This document shows, one piece after another, positions 18,852 to 27,506 of a stretch of 64,000 bases of DNA. The translations under genes were made by a program, and so were the position numbers. The DNA is from Kiritimatiellia bacterium (GTDB taxonomy: Bacteria; Verrucomicrobiota; Kiritimatiellia; RFP12; UBA1067): contig JBJEWF010000028.1 of the NCBI GenBank assembly GCA_051884915.1, positions 5,515-69,514 of the forward strand. The letters are read 5' to 3'. The notes beneath the pieces were generated by a model. The model was not told the origin of the DNA and did not search any database. It was given only the letters and a program-made list of their open reading frames with translations. Position 1 is the stretch's first letter. Every line of letters starts with the position of its first letter.

Positions 18852-20147
18852 CTAGCGTTCAAATGCCCGATGGGCGATGTCCTTCCGCGAAAACGCGCCG
18901 TCGAAGGCGATTTTCGCCACGCCCGCATAGGCCACGTCGACGGCCGTGCGCAAGTCGGCGCCCAGGCCCGTCACGCTCAGCACGCGGCCGCCCGCCGTCA
19001 CGACCCGTCCGTCGCGCACCGCCGTGCCGCAATGGAACACCGTCGCGCCCGCCGCCGCCGCGTCGTCCAGACCGGAGATGGCCTTGCCCTTGGCGTAGCC
19101 GCCCGGATAGCCGCCGGACGCGACGATCACGGTCGCCGCCGCCTCCGGCTTCACGACCACGTCGGCGTCCTTCAGGCAGCCCGTCGCCACGTGGAGAAGC
19201 GTTTCGGCGAAGTTGCCGCCCAGGCGGGGCAGCACCGCCTCCGTCTCCGGATCGCCAAAGCGCGCGTTGAATTCGACCACGTTGACCGGCGAGCCGCTCC
19301 GGGCCAGCCTGCCGCCCGCGGGCGTGACCATCAGCCCCGCATAGAGCACGCCGCGGTAGACGATGCCGCGCTTCTTCAGTTCGCGGACGACCGGCAGGAT
19401 GATCTTCTCCTTGATTTCGGGCAGCATGTCGGCGGATACGACCGGCGCCGGCGAGTAGGCGCCCATGCCGCCCGTGTTCGGCCCCCGGTCGCCGTCGAAC
19501 ACGCGCTTGTGGTCCTGCGAACTCGGCAGCAGCACGGCCGTCTCGCCGTCGACGAGCGCCAGGATCGAGCACTCCTCGCCTTCGAGAAACTCCTCGATCA
19601 GGACCTCGGCGCCCGCCGCGCCGAACTTGTTGCCCACGAGCATGTCGTCGATTGCCGCCTCGGCCTGTTCCGCCGTTTCCGCGACCACCACGCCCTTGCC
19701 CGCCGCCAGGCCATCGGCCTTGATGACGACGGGCAGGCCCCAGTCCGGCAGCGCGGCCTTGGCCGCCGCCGCGTCCGTAAACGTCCGGGCCCGCCCTGTC
19801 GGCACGCCGGCGGCCTCCATGACGGCCTTCGCGAACCGCTTCGAGCCTTCCATGCGCGCGCCGGCCCGGACCGGTCCGAACGCCGTCACGCCGGCCGCGT
19901 CCAGCGCGTCGACCAGCCCCTTGCAGAGCGGGGCTTCGGGACCGACGACCACGAGGTCGGGCCGGTTCGCCCGCGCCCACGCGACGAGGCCTTCCACGTC
20001 CTCGGCGTCCAGCGCCAGGTTCGTCGCCAACGCCGCCGTGCCCGCATTGCCCGGCGCGCAGAACAGCTCGTGCCGCTCCGCGTCCTGCGCCAGACGCCAC
20101 GTGATGGCGTGCTCGCGCCCGCCGCTTCCCACAACCAGAATCTTCAT
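18852..20147 (-). CDS. purD: Phosphoribosylamine-glycine ligase
   Basis: Trimmed to the ATG at 20147 (MKILVVGSGGREHA...). KADGLAAGKGV, EFNARFGDPE. GAGGAG lies 7 nt upstream. Confidence 0.93.
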   Translation of the reverse strand: MKILVVGSGGREHAITWRLAQDAERHELFCAPGNAGTAALATNLALDAEDVEGLVAWARANRPDLVVVGPEAPLCKGLVDALDAAGVTAFGPVRAGARMEGSKRFAKAVMEAAGVPTGRARTFTDAAAAKAALPDWGLPVVIKADGLAAGKGVVVAETAEQAEAAIDDMLVGNKFGAAGAEVLIEEFLEGEECSILALVDGETAVLLPSSQDHKRVFDGDRGPNTGGMGAYSPAPVVSADMLPEIKEKIILPVVRELKKRGIVYRGVLYAGLMVTPAGGRLARSGSPVNVVEFNARFGDPETEAVLPRLGGNFAETLLHVATGCLKDADVVVKPEAAATVIVASGGYPGGYAKGKAISGLDDAAAAGATVFHCGTAVRDGRVVTAGGRVLSVTGLGADLRTAVDVAYAGVAKIAFDGAFSRKDIAHRAFER

Positions 20148-20188
20148 GCGTCTTCTCCTCGATTTCCCATGCGTCCCGCGAGCCGCGC

Positions 20189-21625
20189 CTACAACGCGGC
20201 CAGTTTCCGGGCCACCAGCGGACCGACGATCTTCGGATCGGCCTTGCCGCCGGAAAGCTTCATGACCTGGCCGACGAAGAAACCCGCCGCCGCCTTCTTG
20301 CCGGCCTTGAAGTCCGCCACCGGTCCCGGATTGGCGGCAATCGCCCGGTCGACGTAGGCCTCCAGCGCCGCCGCGTCGGAGACGGCGCCCAGGCCGCGTT
20401 CCTTCACGATGGCTTCGGGATCGCCGCCGCGTTCGAAGAGCTCCGGCAGCAGCTCCTTGAGCGTCGGGCCGTTGATCGTGCCCCGGGCGGACAGCGAAAT
20501 CAGCGCGCGCAGCGCCTCGGGCGTCAGGGCGCATTCGCCGATTGCCTTGCCCGAGGCGTTCAGCAGCGCCAAAACGTCGCCCATGAACAGGTTGCAGAGC
20601 AGTTTCGCCGTCTTCTTGTCGAGGCCCTGCGCCGCCGCCTCGAAGTAGTCGGCGTTCGCCTTGTGCCGCGACAGGACGCCGGCGTCGTATTCGGCGATGC
20701 CGTACTGCTCGACCATGCGGGCGCGGCGGGCCTCCGGTTTCTCCGGCAGCAGGTTGCGCCAGCTCGCGACGAGATCCTCCGAAAGCTCCACGGGCACCAG
20801 ATCGGGCTCGGGGAAGTAGCGGTAGTCGTGGGCGTTCTCCTTCGAGCGCATCGCGACCGTCTCCAGGGACTCCGGGTCCCACCGGCGCGTTTCCTGGACA
20901 ATGGGAATCGAATGGGCCAGGCAGTCCCGCTGGCGGCGCGCCTCGTATTCGAGGGCCGCATGGATGTTGCCGAAGGAATTCATGTTCTTGATCTCGACCT
21001 TCGTGCCCAGCCGCTCCGCGCCGACGGGGCGGATCGAGATGTTCACGTCGGAGCGCATGTTGCCTTCTTCGAGATTGCAGTCCGAAACGCCCGCGTAGAC
21101 GAGCAGTTCCCTGAGCGCCGTCAGGTAGGCGATCGTCTCGTCCGCGTCGGAGAGGTCCGGCTCGCCGACAATCTCCATCAGCGGCGTGCCGCCGCGGTTG
21201 AAATCCACCCCCGACGTCGTCGCGTAGTGGTTGATTTTCGCCGCGTCCTCTTCCAGGTGGATGTGGTTGATGCGGATGAACTTCCTCGTGCCGTCCGCCT
21301 TCGTGATCTCCACGCCGCCGCCGAGGCACAGGGGGTTGCCGTTCTCGGAGATCTGGTAGTCCTTCGCCATGTCGGGATAGAAGTAGTTCTTGCGGTCGAA
21401 GGTGGCGTGCCGGTTGATCGTGCTGCCGAGCATCAGCCCGCTCATGACCGTCAGCCTGACGGCCTCCCTGTTCATGACCGGCAGGGCCCCCGGATAGCCC
21501 AGGCAGACGGGACACGTGTTCGTATTCGGCTCGCAGCCCGTCTGCAGCAGACAGCCGCAGAACATCTTCGTGCGCGTCTTCAGTTGGACGTGCGTCTCAA
21601 GTCCGATGTTGGTTTCGAATTCCAT
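20189..21625 (-). CDS. gatB: Asp-tRNA(Asn)/Glu-tRNA(Gln) amidotransferase subunit B
   Basis: Trimmed to the ATG at 21625 (MEFETNIGLETHVQLKTRTKMFCGC...). Full-length GatB similarity including the C-terminal YqeY-like tail. Confidence 0.93.
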   Translation of the reverse strand: MEFETNIGLETHVQLKTRTKMFCGCLLQTGCEPNTNTCPVCLGYPGALPVMNREAVRLTVMSGLMLGSTINRHATFDRKNYFYPDMAKDYQISENGNPLCLGGGVEITKADGTRKFIRINHIHLEEDAAKINHYATTSGVDFNRGGTPLMEIVGEPDLSDADETIAYLTALRELLVYAGVSDCNLEEGNMRSDVNISIRPVGAERLGTKVEIKNMNSFGNIHAALEYEARRQRDCLAHSIPIVQETRRWDPESLETVAMRSKENAHDYRYFPEPDLVPVELSEDLVASWRNLLPEKPEARRARMVEQYGIAEYDAGVLSRHKANADYFEAAAQGLDKKTAKLLCNLFMGDVLALLNASGKAIGECALTPEALRALISLSARGTINGPTLKELLPELFERGGDPEAIVKERGLGAVSDAAALEAYVDRAIAANPGPVADFKAGKKAAAGFFVGQVMKLSGGKADPKIVGPLVARKLAAL

Positions 21626-21630
21626 GGTCT

Positions 21631-23382
21631 TCACTCGTTCTCTTCGTGTTGGGGGTCGCCGGACCGGCCGGACGCGCCGTCGGCCGTCTCGGCCGCGCCG
21701 TCCAGCCGGCGCAGCCGCTCGTCGATCCGGCGCTTGAGGCGCTCGATCTCGCCGCGCACGACGACCGTGCGGTTCGTGCGGCGCGGATCGTGCGCCTGGT
21801 CCTCCAGGGAGCGCAGATCGAGCGAATCCATGCCGCGGATGCCCTGGCGGATGCGGTCGCCGGGTTCGTGGAGAATGCCCTCGGTGAACTGGCGGCCCAG
21901 CACGGCGTTCTTCGGCAGGCCGACATCCTCCTTGATCTCGCGCGCGTCGACCAGTCCGACCGTCACGAAGACGAGAATCTCCTTCTGCTCCTTGACGCGC
22001 ACCTTCGAGCCGAAGAGGCGCGGGCCGATCCACCACCAGTCGCGCAGCCAGGGGATGCCGTTGTCCATCTGCGTCTCGATGGTCCGCGAGAGGCCGCCGA
22101 TCACGGCGGTGGACCCGCTGGCCATGTTGAACTCAGTGACGAGACGCTGCACCTCGATGACGGGATAGCGGGCGGAGTAGGAGTCGGAATCGGCATCGCC
22201 GCTGCCGGCGGAGACCTCGTCGGTCTTCGCGCTCACGGTCGGCACGATCTCGACGTGGATCAGGCCATCGGCGCCGACGCGCGGCGTGACCTCCAGCGAA
22301 ATGCCCCAGCTGAAGAACGCCTCCTTGGCGAACATCATCTTGTCCTCGCCGGGGATGGCGGCCATCTTCATGTCGAGGTCGACCGACGTGGAGTTGTCGT
22401 TGATCGTCTTCTTGACGGCGATCGTCACGTTCGGATACTTCGTCGTCATGTCGACCGTCGCCTTCCGGCCGGACGCGACGATGATCTTGGGGTTGGAGAA
22501 GGTCCGCGCGTCCTCGCTCGCCTCCAGGGCGCGCAGGATGACGTAGAGGTCGCTCATGCCGATCGTGCCCTGCACGCGCGACAGGTTCGCGCGGCCGATG
22601 CCGCCGTCGCCGTAGGTGGTCTTCGTCGTGCTGCCGTCCTCGACGACGCTCTGCACGCCCACCATGCGCCGCTGGTCGAAGGACGTGTTCATGCTCACGA
22701 CGCCATGCATGCCGTCGAGCATCCGCCAGTCGATGCCGAGCTTGTGCGACGCGTTGTTGGAAAGCTCCACGAAGCGCGCCTCGACGTAGACCTGGCGCGT
22801 CTCGACGTCCACGTCGCGCACGACCCGCTCGCAGGCGTCCAGCACCACGCCCGGCGCGGTCACCATCACCACGTTGGCGTCGCTGAACGCCTGCGCCACC
22901 TTATCGAGCTTCCACCCGAGGCCGAAATCGCCGCTCCACATCGCGTTGATGCGTTCGGCCACCTCCGTCGCCGACGCGTGGCGGAGCGGGAAGGAGCGCG
23001 TGTCGACCCGCCGGGCGCGGAGCGCCGTTTCGCTCGCGGCGGCGGCGGCGGCCACGTCGGCCGCGGCCTTCTTCACGGCGGCGGCGACCGCCTTGTCGAG
23101 CCGGTTCGTGTCGATCAGGAGCAGAGAGGGGACGTTCGTCGACGTCCCCGTCTCCGTGACGGCGTTCGTCGTCGCCAGGGCGTTCGCCACCACGTTCGTG
23201 GCATACGGCGCCTGCACGGCGAAGGGGTCGTTCGTGAGCGGACTCACCGCGAGGAACATCTGGTTCGTCACCTGCACGGCGAAAGTCGCGACGTTCGTGA
23301 TGGCGGGCGCGGAAATCGCCCCCGCCGCGGCGAGGGGAACGGCGGCGGCCGCCCCGGCCAGACGCAGCAGGCGGGCGGTCAT
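21631..23382 (-). CDS. Secretin (GspD/PilQ family outer-membrane channel) with a charged ~90-aa C-terminal extension
   Basis: Trimmed to the ATG at 23382 (MTARLLRLAGAAAAVPLAAAG, a signal peptide). Secretin-N-like FPLRHASATEVAERI. Secretin core QVYVEARFVELS...GSTAVIGGL...IPWLRD...KEILVFVTVGLV. ATGA overlap with gatA and a 5-nt gap to gatB. Confidence 0.85.
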   Translation of the reverse strand: MTARLLRLAGAAAAVPLAAAGAISAPAITNVATFAVQVTNQMFLAVSPLTNDPFAVQAPYATNVVANALATTNAVTETGTSTNVPSLLLIDTNRLDKAVAAAVKKAAADVAAAAAASETALRARRVDTRSFPLRHASATEVAERINAMWSGDFGLGWKLDKVAQAFSDANVVMVTAPGVVLDACERVVRDVDVETRQVYVEARFVELSNNASHKLGIDWRMLDGMHGVVSMNTSFDQRRMVGVQSVVEDGSTTKTTYGDGGIGRANLSRVQGTIGMSDLYVILRALEASEDARTFSNPKIIVASGRKATVDMTTKYPNVTIAVKKTINDNSTSVDLDMKMAAIPGEDKMMFAKEAFFSWGISLEVTPRVGADGLIHVEIVPTVSAKTDEVSAGSGDADSDSYSARYPVIEVQRLVTEFNMASGSTAVIGGLSRTIETQMDNGIPWLRDWWWIGPRLFGSKVRVKEQKEILVFVTVGLVDAREIKEDVGLPKNAVLGRQFTEGILHEPGDRIRQGIRGMDSLDLRSLEDQAHDPRRTNRTVVVRGEIERLKRRIDERLRRLDGAAETADGASGRSGDPQHEENE

Positions 23383-24791
23383 TCCCGGACCTCCTCGAAC
23401 GCCCGGGCGATGGCAAGCAGCCGGTCCTCGCGGAAGGCGTCGCAGATGAACTGCACCCCCACGGGGAGGCGCGCGCCGTCCCGCGCCGCCCATCCCGCCG
23501 GCACGCTGGCCGCGCAGGTGCCCGCGAGCGCGCACGGGATCGTGAACAGGTCGTTCAGATACATCGTCAGCGGGTCCTGGACCTCGCCCAGCTTGAACGC
23601 CGGCGTCGGCGCCACCGGCGTCAGCAGCGCGTCGACCTGCCGGAACGCCGCCTCGAAATCGCGGCGGATCAGCGTGCGGACCTTCTGCGCCCGCCCGTAG
23701 TAGGCGTCGTAGTAGCCGCTCGACAGCACGTAGGTGCCCATGATGATGCGGCGCTTCACCTCGGGACCGAACCCCTCGGCGCGGCTGCGCGCGTAGAGGT
23801 CGAACACCGTGTCGCTCCTGTCCGACCGGTGGCCGTAGCGCACGCCGTCGAAACGGGCCAGGTTCGCGCTCGCCTCCGCCGGCGCCACGATGTAGTAGAC
23901 CGCCATCGCATAGTCGGTATGCGGCAGGGAGACGTCGACGATTTCCGCCCCCGCCGCCGCGCACTTTCCGATGGCCTCCTCCGTGATGCGCTTCACGTCG
24001 GCGTCCATGCCGTCGATGAAATACTCTTTCGGCAGTCCCAGCCTGACGCCCTTGAGCGAAGCCCCTTCCAGGGCCGCCAGATAGTCCGGCACGGGCGCGT
24101 CGGGCGTCGTGCCGTCCATCTCGTCATGCCCCGCGAGCGCCTGCAGCAGAATCGCCGCGTCCTCGACGCTCTTCGTCATCGGGCCCACCTGGTCGAGCGA
24201 AGAGGCGAACGCCGTCACGCCGAAGCGCGACACCCGGCCGTAGGACGGCTTCACGCCCACGCAGTTGCAGAAACTCGCGGGCTGGCGGATGGACCCGCCC
24301 GTGTCCGTACCCAACGCCGCCAGGCAGAGATCCCCGCCGACCGCCGCCGCGCTGCCGCCCGAACTGCCGCCCGGCACGCGCGTCGTGTCGTAGGGGTTGC
24401 GCGTCACGCCCAGCGCCGAGTTCTCCGTGGAGGACCCCATCGCGAACTCGTCCATGTTCACGCGCCCGGCGCAGATGAAATCCGCCTTCTTGACGTTCCT
24501 GACGACCGTCGCGTCGTACGGGCTCGTGTAGCCCCGGAGGATCTTCGACCCGCACGTGCAGGGCTGCCCCGCCACGTTGATCAGGTCCTTGATGGCAAGC
24601 GGCACGCCCCGCGGATTCGCCCGCGCGGCCGCCAGCGCCCCCTCCTCGTCGAACGAGACGTAGGCGCCGATGCGGGGATTCTCGGCCCGGACGCGGTCGA
24701 TGACCGCCTGCATCAGCTCGACACTCGTGAAATCGCCCCGGGCCAGCCCCGCGCGGGCCTCCCTGATGCCCAATCGGAAAAGTTCGCTCAC
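23379..24791 (-). CDS. gatA: Glu-tRNA(Gln)/Asp-tRNA(Asn) amidotransferase subunit A
   Basis: Amidase signature GGSSGGSAAAV. GTG start at 24791 overlapping the gatC stop (GTGA). Confidence 0.93.
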   Translation of the reverse strand: MSELFRLGIREARAGLARGDFTSVELMQAVIDRVRAENPRIGAYVSFDEEGALAAARANPRGVPLAIKDLINVAGQPCTCGSKILRGYTSPYDATVVRNVKKADFICAGRVNMDEFAMGSSTENSALGVTRNPYDTTRVPGGSSGGSAAAVGGDLCLAALGTDTGGSIRQPASFCNCVGVKPSYGRVSRFGVTAFASSLDQVGPMTKSVEDAAILLQALAGHDEMDGTTPDAPVPDYLAALEGASLKGVRLGLPKEYFIDGMDADVKRITEEAIGKCAAAGAEIVDVSLPHTDYAMAVYYIVAPAEASANLARFDGVRYGHRSDRSDTVFDLYARSRAEGFGPEVKRRIIMGTYVLSSGYYDAYYGRAQKVRTLIRRDFEAAFRQVDALLTPVAPTPAFKLGEVQDPLTMYLNDLFTIPCALAGTCAASVPAGWAARDGARLPVGVQFICDAFREDRLLAIARAFEEVRE

Positions 24792-25087
24792 GACTCCGCC
24801 CCTTCCACGATCTTCGGCAGCATGAATTCGTCGCCCGTGCGCGCCGGCGCGTTGGCCAGGGCGGTCTCACGGTCCAGAGAGGGACGGACCACGTCCTCGC
24901 GGAAGGCGTTCACCAATGCCCGGCCATGCATCATGGGCGGAACGTCGTCCACGTTGACGGACGAAATCTTCTCGACGTATTTGACGATAGTTTCGAGCTG
25001 GGGCTGGAAAACGGCCTTTTCGGCCTCGGTCAGTTCCAAACGCGCCAGCTCCGCCACATAGGCGACATCGATGGTGGGCTTGTTCAT
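24788..25087 (-). CDS. gatC: Amidotransferase subunit C
   Basis: Trimmed to the ATG at 25087 (MNKPTIDVAYVAELARLELTEAE...). 99 aa, sitting ahead of gatA. Confidence 0.88.
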   Translation of the reverse strand: MNKPTIDVAYVAELARLELTEAEKAVFQPQLETIVKYVEKISSVNVDDVPPMMHGRALVNAFREDVVRPSLDRETALANAPARTGDEFMLPKIVEGAES

Positions 25088-25096
25088 AGCGGGGGT

Positions 25097-25105
25097 ATTA
25101 TAGCA
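25097..25105 (-). promoter_or_regulatory. Extended -10 box TGCTATAAT, 9 nt upstream of the gatC ATG
   Basis: Minus strand reads GGGATTTTTTGC TATAAT ACCCCCGCT ATG. The -35 is weak (GTCCTC). Confidence 0.4.
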
Positions 25106-25232
25106 AAAAATCCCGCGCGGAGGACACGGGAAGACGGCCCCGGCCGGGGCGCGCGGACCGGCGGGCGAATGCCCGCGAAACACGGGCGTTCGCCGCGCCG
25201 CCGGCCCGATCGGATGCGGCGGCTCCGGCGGC

Positions 25233-25943
25233 CTAGTTCCCGGCGTAGTCGATCGCCTCGCGGAAATACTTGATCGGCTTGCCGCAGACGGGGCAGAACT
25301 TCGGCGCTTCGGCGCCCACGGCGACATAGCCGCACGCGATGCACTCCCATTCCGTCTCGTCGTCGTCGGACTTGAAGAAGCCCGCGTCGAGCTTTTTGAC
25401 GAACGCGCGATAGCGCTTCTCGTGGCCGACCTCGGCCTTGGCGATCAGGCGGAAGAGCGTGGCGATTTCCTTGAAGCCCTCCTTGTCGGCGATCTTCGCG
25501 AACTCGGGATACATGATCTCATGCTCGTGGTTCTCGCCCTTCGCCGCCGCCAGGAGGTTTTCCTTCGTCGTGCCGATCTTGCCCGCCGGATAGCCGGCGT
25601 CGCCGAGCGTCAGTTCGTCGCCCGAATCGAGGCATGCGAAAAGCCGCGTCGCGTGCGCTTTCTCCTGTTCGGCGGTCTCGATGAAGATATCGTGGATCTG
25701 CACATATCCCTCCGCCTCCGCGCGTTCCGCGAAGATCGTGTAGCGCATGCGCGCCTGGCTTTCGCCGGCGAAGGCCTTGAGGAGACACTTCTCGGTTTCG
25801 GTGCCGCGCACGGAGCGCCCCTTGTTGATGGGCGACTTGTCGTCGGTTGTCGCGGTGGTGGGGATGGTGTGCGCCTCGGCGGACAGCGCGAGGCCGGCTG
25901 CGGCCAGCACGCCCAGCGAGAGGGCTTCACGACGGTTGATCAT
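25233..25943 (-). CDS. rbr: Rubrerythrin (erythrin four-helix bundle plus C-terminal rubredoxin-like CxxC...CxxC) with a Tat-type signal peptide
   Basis: Start chosen at 25943 (MINRREALSLGVLAAAGLALSAEA). Di-iron ligand motifs EQEKAH and EVGHEKR. C-terminal CIACGY...CPVCG. Confidence 0.85.
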   Translation of the reverse strand: MINRREALSLGVLAAAGLALSAEAHTIPTTATTDDKSPINKGRSVRGTETEKCLLKAFAGESQARMRYTIFAERAEAEGYVQIHDIFIETAEQEKAHATRLFACLDSGDELTLGDAGYPAGKIGTTKENLLAAAKGENHEHEIMYPEFAKIADKEGFKEIATLFRLIAKAEVGHEKRYRAFVKKLDAGFFKSDDDETEWECIACGYVAVGAEAPKFCPVCGKPIKYFREAIDYAGN

Positions 25944-26001
25944 AGGGTATTCTTTCCTTTCTTGTCGGTTGGAGTGATGGTTGGATTCATTCAAGATGTC
26001 A

Positions 26002-27462
26002 TCAGCCGAGATCCTTGGCGCGCGAAGCGTAGGACGTATGGAGCATCCGTTCGGCCTTTTCGCTCAGGGGCTTGCCGTAGAATTCGCGGTAGAGCGTCTG
26101 CACTTCGGCGTTCTCGTGCGATAGGCGCAACGTCGCGCGCGCGTCGTCGGCGTAAAGCGCATCGATGCGCGCCTGGCGCATCGCCCGGCTAAGGTAGGGC
26201 GCGGACTTCGCGCGCGGCTGCCCGCCGCCGCCGATGCAGCCGCCCTCGCAGGCCATCACTTCGATGAAAGTGGCCTTGAGTTGGCCCGATTTGACGCGGG
26301 CGATGACATCGCGGACGTTTGCGAGCCCGTGGACGACCACGAGCGTGACCTCCAGCCCCGGCTTGAGGGTCACCGTCGCCTTTTTGACGAACGCGCGTTT
26401 TTTCTTCGACCCGATGCCGCGCACCGGCTTGAATTCAAAGAGATCGGCCGGCGGATTCGTGCCGTTCACCATCCAGTACGCCGTGCGCACCGCCGCCTCC
26501 ATCACGCCGCCGGTGTTGCCGAAGATGATGCCCGCGCCGCTGGCCTCGCCCATGAGCGAATCGTACTTCGCGGGCTTGAGCGAAGCATAGTCGACTCCCT
26601 CGGCGCGCATCCAGTCCGCCAGCTCGCGGGTGGTGATGACCGCGTCCATGTCGCGGAAGCCCGAGTCGTTCATCTCCGGACGGCGGATTTCGAATTTCTT
26701 GGCCGTGCACGGCGTGAGCGCCACGTTGAAGATCTTGGCGGGATCGAGCCCGCGCTTGGCGGCGAAATATGTCTTGATGGTCGGCCCCTGCATGCCGATG
26801 GGACTTTTCGCCGTCGAGACGTGCGGCAGCATTTCGGGGTACCAGGTCTCGCAGAATTTGACCCAGGCCGGGCAGCAGCTCGTGAACTGCGGCACGGGCC
26901 GGTCGCCCGTCGTCACGCGCCGCACCAGCTCCGCCGCCTCCTCCATAATCGTGAGATCGGCGGCAAAACAGGTGTCGAGCACATAGTCGGCTCCGAGCGC
27001 GCGCAGTGCCGCGACGACCTCGCCTTCGCAGAACGTGCCCGGCGCAGCCCCGAACTCTTCCGCAAGCGCCACGCGCACCGACGGCGAGGTGGAGACGACA
27101 ATCGTCTTGCCGGCGGCCTTGGCGGCCTTCACCGCCTGCCATTCGGGACGGTTCACGAGGGCCGTGCCCTCGCAGACGGTCGTGCACTGTCCGCAATTGA
27201 CGCAGACCGGCACGTTGTTCGTCTTGGCCAGATCGTAGAAGCCGGCGACCGAAATCATCCGCTTGCAGACCGAAAGGCACGCGCCGCACTGGACGCATTT
27301 CGCCGCATCGAACGCGACCGACGGATTGTCGGCCGCCATCGGCACGCGGACGCTTCCGGCGGGTTCCGCCCAGAGCCGATGCGGGCACACCGCGCCCAAC
27401 GCCAACGCCGCCCCCGCGGTGCGCATCATCTCGCGCCGCCCCATCGTGCATGTTTCCGCCAT
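26002..27462 (-). CDS. hydA: Monomeric [FeFe]-hydrogenase catalytic subunit (two accessory 4Fe-4S clusters) with a Tat-type N-terminus
   Basis: H-cluster motifs TSCCPAW, TPCTAKKFE and EVMACEGGCIGGGGQP. Ferredoxin motifs CVQCGACLSVC and CVNCGQCTTVC. N-terminus MAETCTMGRREMMRTAGAALALGAV. AAGGAGG lies 5 nt upstream of the ATG at 27462. Confidence 0.9.
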   Translation of the reverse strand: MAETCTMGRREMMRTAGAALALGAVCPHRLWAEPAGSVRVPMAADNPSVAFDAAKCVQCGACLSVCKRMISVAGFYDLAKTNNVPVCVNCGQCTTVCEGTALVNRPEWQAVKAAKAAGKTIVVSTSPSVRVALAEEFGAAPGTFCEGEVVAALRALGADYVLDTCFAADLTIMEEAAELVRRVTTGDRPVPQFTSCCPAWVKFCETWYPEMLPHVSTAKSPIGMQGPTIKTYFAAKRGLDPAKIFNVALTPCTAKKFEIRRPEMNDSGFRDMDAVITTRELADWMRAEGVDYASLKPAKYDSLMGEASGAGIIFGNTGGVMEAAVRTAYWMVNGTNPPADLFEFKPVRGIGSKKKRAFVKKATVTLKPGLEVTLVVVHGLANVRDVIARVKSGQLKATFIEVMACEGGCIGGGGQPRAKSAPYLSRAMRQARIDALYADDARATLRLSHENAEVQTLYREFYGKPLSEKAERMLHTSYASRAKDLG

Positions 27463-27506
27463 CGTGACCTCCTTGATGTCTCCGGTTTCCGTTGCCGCCA
27501 GTGGAC

